Part shown: piece by piece, positions 1 to 12,050 of the stretch
How positions within the stretch are numbered: the stretch's first letter is position 1
How the letters are laid out: each line of letters starts with the position of its first letter
Source: Octopus bimaculoides
Taxonomy: Eukaryota
Assembly (NCBI RefSeq): GCF_001194135.2
Contig: NC_068991.1
Span: forward strand, 7,271,615 to 7,335,614
Length of the DNA stretch: 64,000 bases
Reading direction: 5' to 3'
Made by a program: the position numbers and the translations under genes
The notes under the pieces: generated by a model
Seen by the model: only the letters and a program-made list of their open reading frames with translations
Database searches by the model: none
Told to the model about the DNA's origin: nothing

Positions 1-341
1 GTGGAGAGTATTAGCAACAGGTGAACTGCCTGGCCAGCAGACTGCATCCTTTCCACAAAAAGCAGAAGTATAGATGGTCTAATCTGGTTAGATGTGTAGC
101 AAAAGATGTTGTTGAGGTAGCAGATGAAATAGGCATGTGGATGATATCAAAGTAAAACAATGGGAAAGCATCGGATTGTGGTTTAAATAATTTAATCGAC
201 ACTTGTATTTACATGTTGTCTACACAAGGAAAGCTGCTAATTTAGTCAATTGTAAGATAGAAATTTAAATGTAATAAAATGTTTTAAAAGAAATTTAAAG
301 TGCCTACATGATAAGTGTAAACTTACTTTTGGGCCACCCTG

Positions 342-345
<4 letters not shown>

Positions 346-383
<38 letters not shown>
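346..383. repeat. (TA)n microsatellite
   Basis: Direct reading; many similar TA/CA/GT tracts occur across the window. Confidence 0.95.
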
Positions 384-390
<7 letters not shown>

Positions 391-512
391 CTGTCTGTCT
401 ATAGGGAGCAGCTTTTTTTATGCATGCTTCATTAAATAACATGACCATATTCAAGTTTTATCTTTTATTTTTCATATTTATTAGTTGGTTTGAAACAATA
501 GAATTCCTAAAT

Positions 513-594
513 CCGGTTTCACCAGTCCTCAGTCAAATCGTCCAACCCATGCTAGCATGGAAAGCGGACGTTAAACGATGATGATGATGATGAT
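513..594 (+). mobile_element. 3' tail fragment of (GAT)n-tailed SINE family
   Basis: ccagtcctcagtcaaatcgtccaacccatgctagcatggaaagcggacgttaaac(gat)n, nearly identical to copies at ~16500-16577 and ~62045-62110. Confidence 0.85.
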
Positions 595-1919
595 ATCCAA
601 CAGTTCTAGATCATCAGTTTTATTATCTAGAATTGAATCGACTATACCTGGTATTTGTTTTGTTTCTTATATATTCGTTGCATTCAGGTAGACTTTCCCG
701 CCAAAGGTTTATTGATGATTGGCATTATGCCTCAGCAGTCACATATTGATTTGGTGAGGTATAATTCTAAGTCAACAAACCTTTGGCGGGAAGGTCGACA
801 TGAATTTAATCAGTAAAAAAAAGAAACAACACAAACATCAAATATACTCAGTTCAGTTCAGAACTGTGATATCTTGCATGCATTAATTTCAATTCATCTC
901 ATTAATAACTGCATTGTTTCTTTCCAACTAAACTAACATCTAACTGTTCAAAGAAGACATCTAAAGTATCTAGTATCGACTTCTCTTGAAAAGCTAGTTA
1001 TTTGCACATTGTTGTCGTCTTAGTAATATGCACACAGAATGATGCATCTTTGCTCCTGTGGTTTCCCAGGTCATGCTTTGACTGTGACTCCAAGATTCTA
1101 ATACCCCTGGTTCTGTGTATTCTGATTGCAGTCTGTTTGTGGACTGATAACAGAATGCTTGAAATCTTTCAACAAGGAACTGCATGTTTTTTTTTTCTCC
1201 AACCAGCGCACATGTCCACTACATTCAGGTTTTCTGTAGTTTTGCGTTATCCTCAGGATCTGTGTTACTTTTGTATCATCAACATAAGTGGTAAGAATGG
1301 CTGGAGGGATGACTGAAGCATATCTGAGAGAGCCACCAGATGCTGAAGTCATGATGTTTGTGACATATCATCCTGCAAGCTTTATTGAAGGCCTTGGCTA
1401 AATAAAGATATCTCGCATTCACATTTAAATTCACATTCAAGTGTGTGTGTGCCTGCCTGCTTGTGTATCTGTGTACTTGTATGTAAACACGTTTGTTTAC
1501 ATCATCATCCACTTTCCTTGCTTCCTTAGATTGGCCCTGATGTCACTGATGTGTATGTGTTTACATATGTGTATATATATAACCACAGGTATGGGTGTGT
1601 GGTTAAGAATTTTGCGTCCCAGTTACTTGGCTTCTGGTTCAGTCCCATTTCAAGACTCCTGCCAAGTGCCTTCTGCTATAGCCCTAGGCCAGTCAAAGCC
1701 GTCTGAATTGATTTGGTAGATAGAAACTGAAAAGAAGCCTGTTTTGTGTGTGTGTGTGTTTTATATTCAATGTATATTACACATATTGAGCTGAATTCTG
1801 TTTGTTCTACCAAACCTGCATGCACCTACCTCCACACACACACACATGTATTGAGTTGAATTGAATTGATTTCAGCTCATGAGCTGTGGCCATGCTTAGG
1901 CATGTATATAATCTAACAG

Positions 1920-2322
1920 AGGTGTAGGTGTGACTGTGTGGTAAGAAGCTTGTTTCCCAACCACACGGTTCTGGGTTCAATCCCACTGCATGGCACTTTG
2001 GGCAAGTGTCTTCTACTATAGCCTTGGGCTGATTAAAGCCTTGTGAGTGGATTTGGTAGACGGAAACTGAAAGAAGCCTGTCGTATATGTGTGTATATGT
2101 ATGTGTGTGTGTATATGTTTGTGTGTCTGTGTTTGTCCCTACCACCATCGCTTGACAACTGATGTTGGTGTGTTTACGTCCTCGTAACTTAGTGGTTCGG
2201 CAAAAGAGACTGATAGAATAAGTACCAGGCTTACAAAGAATAAGTCCTGGGGTCGATCTGTTCGACTAAAGGCGGTGCTCCAGTATGGCCACAGTCAAAT
2301 GACTGAAACAAATAAAAGAAAG
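1920..2322 (+). mobile_element. Near full-length tRNA-derived SINE (microsatellite-containing family)
   Basis: tRNA-like head (gtgtggtaagaagcttg...ggttcaatcccactg), internal (TG/TA)n, 3' half ending gaatgactgaaacaaataaaag. Related copies at ~1586-1760, ~11810-12205 (-), ~27355-27720 (-), ~42140-42500 (-), ~48925-49350 (+), ~58170-58550 (-). Confidence 0.85.
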
Positions 2323-4277
2323 AAGAAAAAAATCACCCCAGTGGGAGTCCGATGACATGTCTGCTGCAAACCGTGTTGTGTGTGTGTGTCTATAAGCCAA
2401 TACTAATTAGCAGTTGGATTCTTAGTGTAATGAGCTTTAATAAAAATCTGCTCTCACCGACTTACACTGCATATAGATTGTTGAACAGAAATTGTATGCT
2501 AAATTGACATTCTGAGAGAGAGTGAAAGAGAGATCAGAGGATAGCAGTCTCATCTGACAGGTCCTACTCACACTCGTTTCTCACCTGAATGTGAACAACA
2601 AAGGCCACCAGTTACTCTGTCTGAAAGTCTCTCTCCCCCCCTTCCTCTCCTATTGCTTGTTGCTTCTCTTACTCTTTTTTTGTTCATTATACTAATTTGA
2701 CATTCGTTAGTACCACTTGTAAATGAGCAAAGACCTACTTATCAGGTGGTTTGTCGCCTTTTTGCTCTTTATTACTTTTCACTTGTTTCGGCCATTAGAC
2801 AGCGGCCATGTCGGGGCACTGCTTTGAAGGGTTTGAACATACTGACCCCGGTACTTATTTTTTTAAGCCTAGAGCTTAGTCTACCAGTCTCATTTGCTGT
2901 GTTGCTAGGTTACAGGAGCATAAAGAAACCGATCCTAGTTGTTGAGCTTTGATGAAGGACAAATAAATACATATGTACGTGCATGCATACATACAGGCAT
3001 AGGGCTATAGTAGAAGACACATACCCAAAGTGCTGTATAGTAAGATTGAACCCAAAACCACATGATTACAAAGTAAGTTCCTTAACTACACAAGCATGTA
3101 TTTATTTATTATTATTTTTCTCAATATTGTCTGCGTTTTAGTTTAGCTGCAGGACAGCTCTAATGAAGTAAATACCTACAACCAAAGGCATTCCTGTTGT
3201 GGAGTAGTGGGTCCATTATCACATTATCCAAGATTGTAGAGTATGATTCAAGGGAGCTATGGCTACTTTTTCTAATGAATTGAGGCTCTCTCAAAATCTA
3301 AGTATTAAAGGCTGAAATAATTGCTCATTTTGAAGATGATAGCCAGTACTGTGATGCAATCTTAGCTATACGTATGTGTGTGTGTATGAGATAGAAACTG
3401 GCACAAATAGAATGGTTGGAATGAAACTGACAGAGAATGTGAGAGGTTGTAAGAGGTGAACAAAATGTAAACATATTAAAAAATTTGCCATAAAAAGTTG
3501 TGCATAGTGAATCGTTTGACAAAAAAAAAAAAGGGGGGAAAAAAAAGTAGACTGACATTTCAGGTAAACCCTTTATCAAAGTGGAGTAAGAAAGAAATAA
3601 GCAAGAAAAAATAAATGAGGCCTGTTTAAAGCATGTGTGTACCTTCCAAATGCATGATGTAGAATGCCATACACACACACACAAGAGTGTGCTAAAAGGT
3701 TCCTAGCTTTAACAGTATTTTGGAAGGTCCAACCTTTTGAGTTATTTTACAGGGCTTAGAAGATGACTGCAATAAATGTGTGAATTTGAGAGGAGAATAT
3801 GTTGTATAAAATCACAATTAACTGATCCACCTGTATTTTCTTTTACAAAATGCAAGGAACTTTTCAGCTCCCCCTTGTGTATATAACCGTATAATTTGGC
3901 TCCATGCAACTTACAGTTTTGTAGGCACATCACACAAGCCTTGCTCCTCCTCCCCAGGCTTAGGTGCTTAAACCTGAGAAACCAGGTTCATGTAAGTTGC
4001 ATGGAGCCAAATCAAACTGTTATTAAATATGTGATGCATGTTCTACTAAATATGTTGAGTGCCTCTTTCCTTCATTTGTCTACCACTCGAGAGAGAGAGA
4101 GAGGGGAGGCAGATGGCAATGTATTCATTGTACGTATTTAACATATTCAGTTAATGCATTGCCTATAGCATTGGTTTAACAAATACTGGTGGCCATAAAA
4201 CAAACACATGAACGAATGTGTGTGTGTGTGTGTGTGTGTGCTTAAGGGACTGCACTTGATATTTGAATGTATATTAA

Positions 4278-4528
4278 TAAAGGATCGTGGGTAAGGCCAG
4301 AACAATGCGAAGTAAATGCAAGGCAAATCACAAGAAAACAAATATATGAATAAATGTAGACTTACCTTGCATTCAGTATTTCGGGGTTATGACCCCATTT
4401 TCAAGAAATTAACAAATGTTGCCGAAATATTGAATGCCATGTAAGTCTACATTAATTCATATATTTGTTTACTTGTGATTTGCTTCGCATTTACTTCACA
4501 TTGTTCTGGCCTTACTCATAATCCTTTA
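4278..4528. mobile_element. Foldback MITE with 105-bp inverted arms and TA flanks (Tc1/mariner-type signature)
   Basis: Arm 4280-4384 vs reverse complement of 4422-4526: 94/105 identical by manual alignment. 37-nt spacer; TA at 4278-4279 and 4527-4528. Confidence 0.8.
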
Positions 4529-5116
4529 AACATTCTGTGTGGCATCTTGTGCAAGTGTTGTCTACTATAGCCCTGGGCTGACCAATGTCTTGTGTGTGGA
4601 TTTGGTAGACAGAAACTGTTAGAAGTTCATGTGCATGTGTATACACTGTGTAAAGTGGTTGGTCTTAGGAATGGCAACCACCAGTAGAAACTATGCCAAA
4701 GCAGACAGAACTTGGCACAGCTCCCTGGCTCTTCAGTTCCTGTTAACCCATAAAGCGCTGGGATTTGCACTTACTTAACAGGGACTGCTGAGCACATTTT
4801 ATGAAAATGAGACTACCATGCACACATAAAAAACAAAAATTAGTTGAAATATCTTCTTAGTATATAATGGTGGCAAGTTTTACATGGAAAAGTGGATGTT
4901 AAATATTATGTATATATTAATGTCTGAGTCATATCCCAAGGTGGACATAGGCATTTAATAAATAGAGATTGATAAAATAAGTACCAAAGTATTGATTATA
5001 AATGATTTAAACCTTTTGAAAGCAGTGCTCCAGCATGGCTGAAATTTAGTGAAAAGAATATATTTCAAAAAGATATTTCATTAAAAAATTTTTTTTTTTT
5101 TGTTACAGATTACAAA

Positions 5117-8100
5117 ATGATAATTCAAGTTGACAGCATTTTATTTGGTGTACTACTTTACTGCTCATGCTGGGTGCATGTATTTAGCCATATTAATCAA
5201 GGGTACCCACCAGGTGTACCTCCTTCAACTGGTGTTCCACAACAAATGCAGTATCAGCAGCAGCCTCCACAGTACCAACAGGCCCCTGGTAACCAGCAGT
5301 ACCAACAGCCCCCTGGTAATCAACAGTACCAACAACCACCCTCTGGTAACCAGCAGTACCAACAACCACCCTCTGGTAACCAGCAGTACCAACAACCTCC
5401 CTCCAACCAACAGCACCAGCAGCACCCCCCTGGTAACCAGCAGTACCAACAACAACAACAACCACCGCCACAAGGGTCACATGGACATGGACATGGTCAT
5501 GGTCATAATTTCAAAGAAGAATCACATGATCAAGCGTAAGTTGTCCTTTACATTATTGGTAACAGAAAAAAAAATGTAGTTACAAATAGAACCACCATAT
5601 TTTGGTTTATGTGTTTTCAAAATCAGGTCTGACAAAATTGACTTTGCCTTTCATCCTTAAATCGATAAATTAAGTACCGGTTGCATACTGGGGTCGATCT
5701 AATCAACTGCCCCCCCTCCCCCAAAATTTCGGGCCTTGTGCCTAGAGGAGAAAAAAGTTCATTGACATCAGAGTGAATAAAGGTAATAGTAGAACATCTT
5801 ATCTCTTCCATCCTCTCACCTACTGAGGTATCTGATGTATCTCTTCTACTGAAGGGCACTTGTTTTTATCCCTTTATTCATACTCTAATTTCTCATCACC
5901 TGGCACTAAACACCTTCAATGCCACTTCCTCCTCAGTTGAGTGGGGTCTTGTTTTGCGAGTTACTTGCTGGCCTCATGCTGCTGGTGCCGTGTAACAAGC
6001 ACCCAACACACTGTGTAAAGCAGTTGGCTTTAGGAAGAGCATGCAACCACGGTGTAATCCATATATTTTATATATGTACAGTAATTTTAGTAACAGTGTA
6101 TATACCATTTGATATGTCCCACATTATGATGTAACTTCATTGTCTGCGTGACTGGCCCATACACCATACCTCACCGACTGACACTGCTTGCTGTATCTGT
6201 CCACTATTTATCAGTAGTGGAACAGTCCACTTCTCACTTGGGGGTTGTCTGTCACAATACCATGCTAATCTTGAATGTTGATTTTTGTAAAAAATAAATT
6301 CCAAGTCACTTCTTGTTATTCTTATGCATGTTTATTTTCGTTGTTTTAGACATATAGCTGAGCATTTGAAAGATTATGCTCACAAACCTGTTGACCAAAT
6401 GACAAATGAAGAAATGGAGTTTCACTACTTTAAACTGCATGATTATGATGACAATAATAAACTAGATGGAAATGAAATTACTTCAGCGATAACTCACTTC
6501 CAAAGAGGTAAATATAACAGGATTTCAATGATCTTACAATTTTTTTTCTTTTTGATATTGATAATTTATTTTCTAAAATGAAACATCACTGTGCTAAGTG
6601 GGGAGGTTTGAGTACCTCAGGGTTATATTAACAAGTAACGACAGGTAGAAAGCTGAACTGGATGCTAGAGATGCAGAAACTGGCACAGTAATGTACCAAC
6701 TTCAGCAAGCGAGAGAGAGAGAGAAGTGGGGAGACAGACAGAAGAGGTTGGTAAAAAAGCCAAACTTACTATCTTCTTTTTGACTTTCGTGCCTATCTTC
6801 ACTTATGGTCATGAATGCTGGATAATGACTGATAGAGTATCATCATCATAATTTAATGTCTGTTGTCCATGCTGGCATGGATTGGACGGTGTGACCAGGG
6901 CTGGCAAGCTGCACCTAACTCCAGTCCGATTTGGCATGGTTTCTACAGCTGGATGCCCTTCCTAACACCTACCACTTTACAGGGTGTGCTGGGTGCTTTT
7001 ACGTAAAACCGGGTTCGTCTGAAGATGTCTGAAGTAACGTTACTCGATATGGTGTGTGTGGCTCAGAAACCAGGAGGTCTCTCAGGGTCAAGCCACTACT
7101 TCTCCACACTGAGAGGCCACAGCTCCAGTACTACAGATATGTGATCAGAATGTCTCTGGAAAGGAATGCAAGATGCTTCAAGCCAAGACCTAAGCATAGA
7201 CCAAGAACATGATGGTTGGATAATATCCATAGTCTCTGGTGGTCAGACTTGAGAATCTAGCAGGAAAGTGTAATAGTAGTGGCAATGGAGGAGATGAGGA
7301 CTCTACCACAACAGCCCTCCCAGGAACAATAGTTTGAGAAAACAGATGAAAAAGTGATAAAGATATTTGTTTATTAATAAGACAATCAATCACTTGGTTT
7401 TTAATTATTTTTATTTATGAGACAGAGCTGAAATAGGTTTCTTGGTAGGTACATGTCATCATTGTATGATAAAATTAGAAAATAGCATTTTCACTACTTC
7501 TTAATAATTTATTAATGTCGAATACCTGACCTTGCAAAATGTTACAGGAGTACATGTAGTTGGAATGAATCGAAATGTGTTAAGCAAATGAAATAAATTT
7601 GCCTCAAGAATTCATGTCCAGTTGAAATTAAATGAAATGTTTTTAAATATCAAAAAGACTCTGTCTTTAGCTATGGAAGCAATGCTATTTCAAAATCTTA
7701 TTTAATGTGGATATGCTGTAGAAAGGCAAAAAACTGCATTATTCATCTCAAGGAAACATCCTGTATAGAGATATTGTACTAAAAAGCCCAGAAGAATATC
7801 AAGAGCAAACGAAAATTGTCCAGCACCGCTGGAGGCTTTCTTGAGATGAATACTGAAGTTGTGTAGCTTTCTACAGTATATTCACATTAAATAAGATATA
7901 CAGAATATTACCAAAAAGACTATTTTCTTAAATTCCAAATCTATATTGAATTATTTAGTGTAGGAAATTGAAATTATATGCAATTAATTTATAATAATAT
8001 TGTATTTTGTTATCAAATATCTTTTGAGAAAATTATCTTTAATCTGCGAATTTATTGACTTGCCCTTTCAGAAGACCATCAAGATGCAAATGAGGCAGCA

Positions 8101-8256
8101 GCTCGAACAATGTCAGATACTGAGATATCAGATATTGTTGATATGGTATTAAAAGAAGATGACCTAAATAACGATGGGTATGTTGAATACTCGGAGTTTG
8201 CAACAGCCCAACGGAGGGCGAAAGCCAATATGGCAAAAAATGAAGCCCATAAATAA
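5117..8256 (+). CDS. MCFD2: Multiple coagulation factor deficiency protein 2 homolog (EF-hand ER cargo-receptor cofactor) with N-terminal Gln/Pro/Tyr repeats
   Basis: Coding exons 5117-5535, 6350-6507, 8072-8256, GT-AG, phases 2 and 1 consistent. Hydrophobic signal peptide, then HDQAHIAEHL...MEFHYFKLHDYDDNNKLDGNEITSAITH (EF-hand 1) and IVDMVLKEDDLNNDGYVEYSEF (EF-hand 2), matching MCFD2 as recalled. The acceptor at 5107-5108 implies an upstream non-coding exon that was not located. Confidence 0.95.
5288..5470 (+). repeat. Coding tandem repeat, 27-30 nt unit (GNQQYQQPP[S]), ~6 copies, in MCFD2
   Basis: Units start at 5288, 5315, 5345, 5375, 5405, 5432 (ggtaaccagcagtaccaacaaccaccctct and variants). 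Confidence 0.95.
6590..7330 (+). mobile_element. Decayed RTE-clade LINE 3' fragment, split by an antisense SINE (6839-7004), in MCFD2 intron
   Basis: Conceptual translation with stops and frameshifts: FEYLRVILTS...KKAKLTIF..FVPIFTYGHECWIMTDRV upstream of the SINE; SEVTLLD..RVKPLLLH..R...WLDNIH downstream. These are typical of the RTE RT C-terminal region. Confidence 0.75.
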
Positions 8257-8950
8257 CAGTTCATATTCAGATCATTTCCAACTATTTTGTAAATTAAAAA
8301 CAAATGAGTTGTTTCATCTAAAATTGCTGTTAGTATTCTTGAATTATTTTTAATATCAACTCAAAAAGTAAGATTTAATGTTACACGGAGTTAAAAAAAA
8401 AAAAATGCATTTACGTATAAGTGAAAGTCTCAGAACAAATATAACACATTGAGCATTTTTGTTTTATTTGCCCTCAAGCCGTCAATGCATTTGTAGAAGA
8501 GATAGGAGGCCAACACCAAAATCAATGAAATGCTTGTACCAATGCTGGCAAATTCTTCTTCCACTGGCAGATGAAATATTTTCATGTCTATTATAACAAC
8601 CAAAGCAACTCAACTAAAATGCTCTGGCTCCTTCAGTTCTAACATTCTTCAAGCTCACCAATAGCAACGTTATTGTTTCTTTTTCTTTCATTTTTCTCAG
8701 TATCAATCTATCAGTGACACACCAATAGGAGATAGGGAGGTATATTTCATAATAATAAAATATATATATTTCAATGAAGATGATTTGTCCATGAATGAAT
8801 TAAAATACTATATCTACCAGGAAAGAGGTGTTAAGTCTTCCAAGTAGCGAGAATAGTATTATTTGATAGTCTCAAAAGTTCCAAAATCTAACATCATGGA
8901 GATCACAGATTAGGGATTCCAGGAAATTTTCCACTAAGAATTCACAAGAG

Positions 8951-11900
8951 TCAAACTGAAATGAAGAAGGAAACAGCATTTTAATTCAACATAACATGTC
9001 AAATCAGTTCATTTAACTAATTAATGATATTTCCAACTGATATAAATATGGATTTGTTTGAAGCATTGTTACAAATTAATGAACCACTAGTTACAGAAAA
9101 ATCAGAAGATATTGAAATTAAAATGTTTTGAAAAGAGAAATGCTTACACTCAGATTTTCTTTTCTGGCTCTGTTGTTTTAATGCCTATAAATATACGGAA
9201 ATTATACAAAGTAATTAAATCTGACAAATAACTGAGAGAACATTCATATAATGAGTATATTGAGTACTTTATACTCAGGAGTTGATGCTTGCCTCTCAAA
9301 TACAGCCTTAGCCTTTAATTTTTTAAAAACTCAGGCATCCATAAATTTTTTTAGAACCTTTTGAGACCGGTAGAAATTATCTCTCGGGCTGATGACTAAG
9401 ACCTGAATGCCTACAAGCAGGGTGAACTTGGCACCCAAAAGGCAAGTTAGTGGTTAAGTAAGTTAACTTGACAAATGAAGGTAAAATTCATTTTTAAACA
9501 TGTTTCAAGAATCCTATTATTTATTAAGTACATTAAAATAAAATAGTTATCTTGAGCCATATTATACATAGAATAATTTTTGCTAACAATTGTTCCATAG
9601 AAGAGAAACCAATAATGTTTTTTTTTCCATTATTACCAACATGAAATTAATAAGCAATATTTTTTATTAATTTAATTTATTAATGAAAAAATAAATAAAC
9701 TTCAGTTAAATTTGAACAACTTATCAGTGACACATGTCAAGAGTAATGTGAACCAAAAGAAAGAAGAAAAAAAACCCTACAAATCTTACCTTTTTTATAT
9801 GTGTCCAGTCTTCTATAATATCAACATCTCGCAACATATAAACAATGTATGGACCTAAAAAAAAAATAATAAGGTTTAAAAGTGCTCAAAGTAAATATGA
9901 TAGGAAAACTGTAAATTATCAACTGGAAACAAACAAATAAGTTTGAGCAAGCCCTAATCCATAGGCAGACAAAATTATAAATACCTGTTACTGTTACAGG
10001 CTTCCGGCGTCGCTCAGGGTTCAGTGGGTCTTGTTTCTTCTTGCCCCGCCGAAGGCTTTGACTCTCATTCCACAAATCTAAAAGTAAAAAGAAAAATTAA
10101 TGGTATATTGTCATCATTTAAAGTCCACTCTTCTCTGCTTGCATGAATCAGACGAAATTTATTGAGGCAGGTTCTCTACAGCTAGATGCCCTCCCTGTCA
10201 CCAACCCTCACCTGTTTCCCCCACGAGATATATTATTTCCCTTTGACAAGACATGTTTTTCACAAAAGACAGGAAATTAACAATATCGCTTGTATGATGG
10301 TGATGCTCATTTACAGCCATCACAAAACAAGGGAACACAAAAGCACATGCATACACACACACACACGTATACATATAAACGACAGGATTCTTTCAGTTTT
10401 AGCAAATCCACTCACAATGCTTTGATTTAAATATAACAAATACAATATTGTCTTAAAAATTAGATGTTTACCTGATGAAATATCAATATTATGTCGGTCT
10501 TCTTCTAATCTTCGTATTCTGTCTTCCAGTTCCTGTTTTACTGTATCATACAATATAATTTTGTCACTCTGGAAAAAGACAGGGAAAAAAAACACCCAGT
10601 GTTTATCAGAAGAACTAAAGCTAATTCTCAAGAAATGTGTTGTGAGGTTAATAAACTCTCTTTGCAACCATGTGGTTTTAGGTTCAGTCCCACTGTGTGG
10701 CACCTTGGTCAAGTGTCTTCTGCTAGAGTTATTTCTTTATTGCCCACGGGGGGTAAACATAGAAGGGACAAACAAGGACAGACAAAGGGATTAAGAAGTA
10801 AAACTCAACAGAAGACAATACTTACTTCCATGTTCTGTCTTGCAGCCACCTCTTCACTTTCGAATTTACACTGAATTGACTGTAATCGAAGTTCTTTCAA
10901 AATACCTGAGAGAGAGAGAAAGAGGATATGAAATTTTGTAACACCCCCACCGCAAATTGAAATTGCATAGAAAAATAAAGTGCAACAATTTTTGAAATCA
11001 GCATAGGGGAGCAAATTAAAATGTCAATAGAAGAAATAATATTCATTATTATATTTTTTAGTACACGTAAAAAGCACCATCCGAATGTGGCCGATGCCAG
11101 CACCGCCTTGACTGGCTCCCATGCTGGTGGCATGTAAAAAGCACCATCCAAACGTGGTCGATGCCAGCTCCCTCTGGCCCCTGTGCTGGTGACATGTAAA
11201 AAGCACCCACAACACTCTCAGAATGGTTGGTGTTAAGGAAGGACATCCAGCTGTAGAAAGACTGCCAGATCAGATTGGAGCCTGGTGCAGCCTCCTGGCT
11301 TCCCAGACCCCAGTTGAACAGTCCAACCCATGCCAGCATGGAAAACGGGCGTTGAGCAATGATGATGGTGATGTATTCATAAAAATAATTTCAAAAATTG
11401 GCACAAGGCCAGCAATTTTAGGGGAAACAGACAAGTTGATTATGTTGACCCCCNNNNNNNNNNCCCCAAGTGCTCAGCTTGTGCTTTATTTCATCAACCC
11501 TGGAAGGATGAAAGGCAACGTCGACCGTGGCAGCATTTGAACTCAATGTAAAGCCAGAAGAAATACCACTAAGCATTTTGTCGGGTATGCTAACGATTCT
11601 GCTAGTTCACTGCCTAAAAACTGTGATGTGATTGGAATAGAGGAAAGCTTACTTTAGAAAAGCTAAGATCAAATTCATTGTATGTAAAGGAGATGCAGGT
11701 AACAAGGAAGAATAACAAGAACTTTAGAATTAGTTGCCAAGTTTATTGTGAAGTTCTTTGGAGGGTAGAAATAGTGTTAATTCTTTACTGCTATATTCTC
11801 TCTTTTTTTTACTCTTTTACTTGTTTCAGTCATTTGACTGCGGCCGTGCTGGAGTACCACCTTTTAGTCGAGCCAATCGACCCCAGGACTTATTCTTTGG

Positions 11901-12013
11901 AAGCCTAGTACTTATCATATTGGTCTCTTTTGCCGAACCGCTAAGTTACAGACATACAAACACACCACCATCGGTTGTCAAGCGATGTTGGGGGGACAAA
12001 CACAGACATACAA

Positions 12014-12050
<37 letters not shown>

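Noticed and set aside
1920-2010. tRNA-like A/B-box sequences (also ~61330-61420 and many others)
   Set aside because: These are SINE heads continuing into SINE bodies, with no complete cloverleaf; not tRNA genes.
5130-5579. Alternative-frame and antisense ORFs over the MCFD2 repeat (T/N-rich, V/L-rich)
   Set aside because: Shadow frames of the Q/P tandem repeat; only the 5117 frame has a signal peptide and splices in phase to the EF-hand exons.
11067-11200. Regularly spaced repeats superficially like a CRISPR array (also 15700-16420, 41400-41640)
   Set aside because: The spacers are themselves repeated, the context is eukaryotic, there are no cas genes, and the units belong to a SINE.
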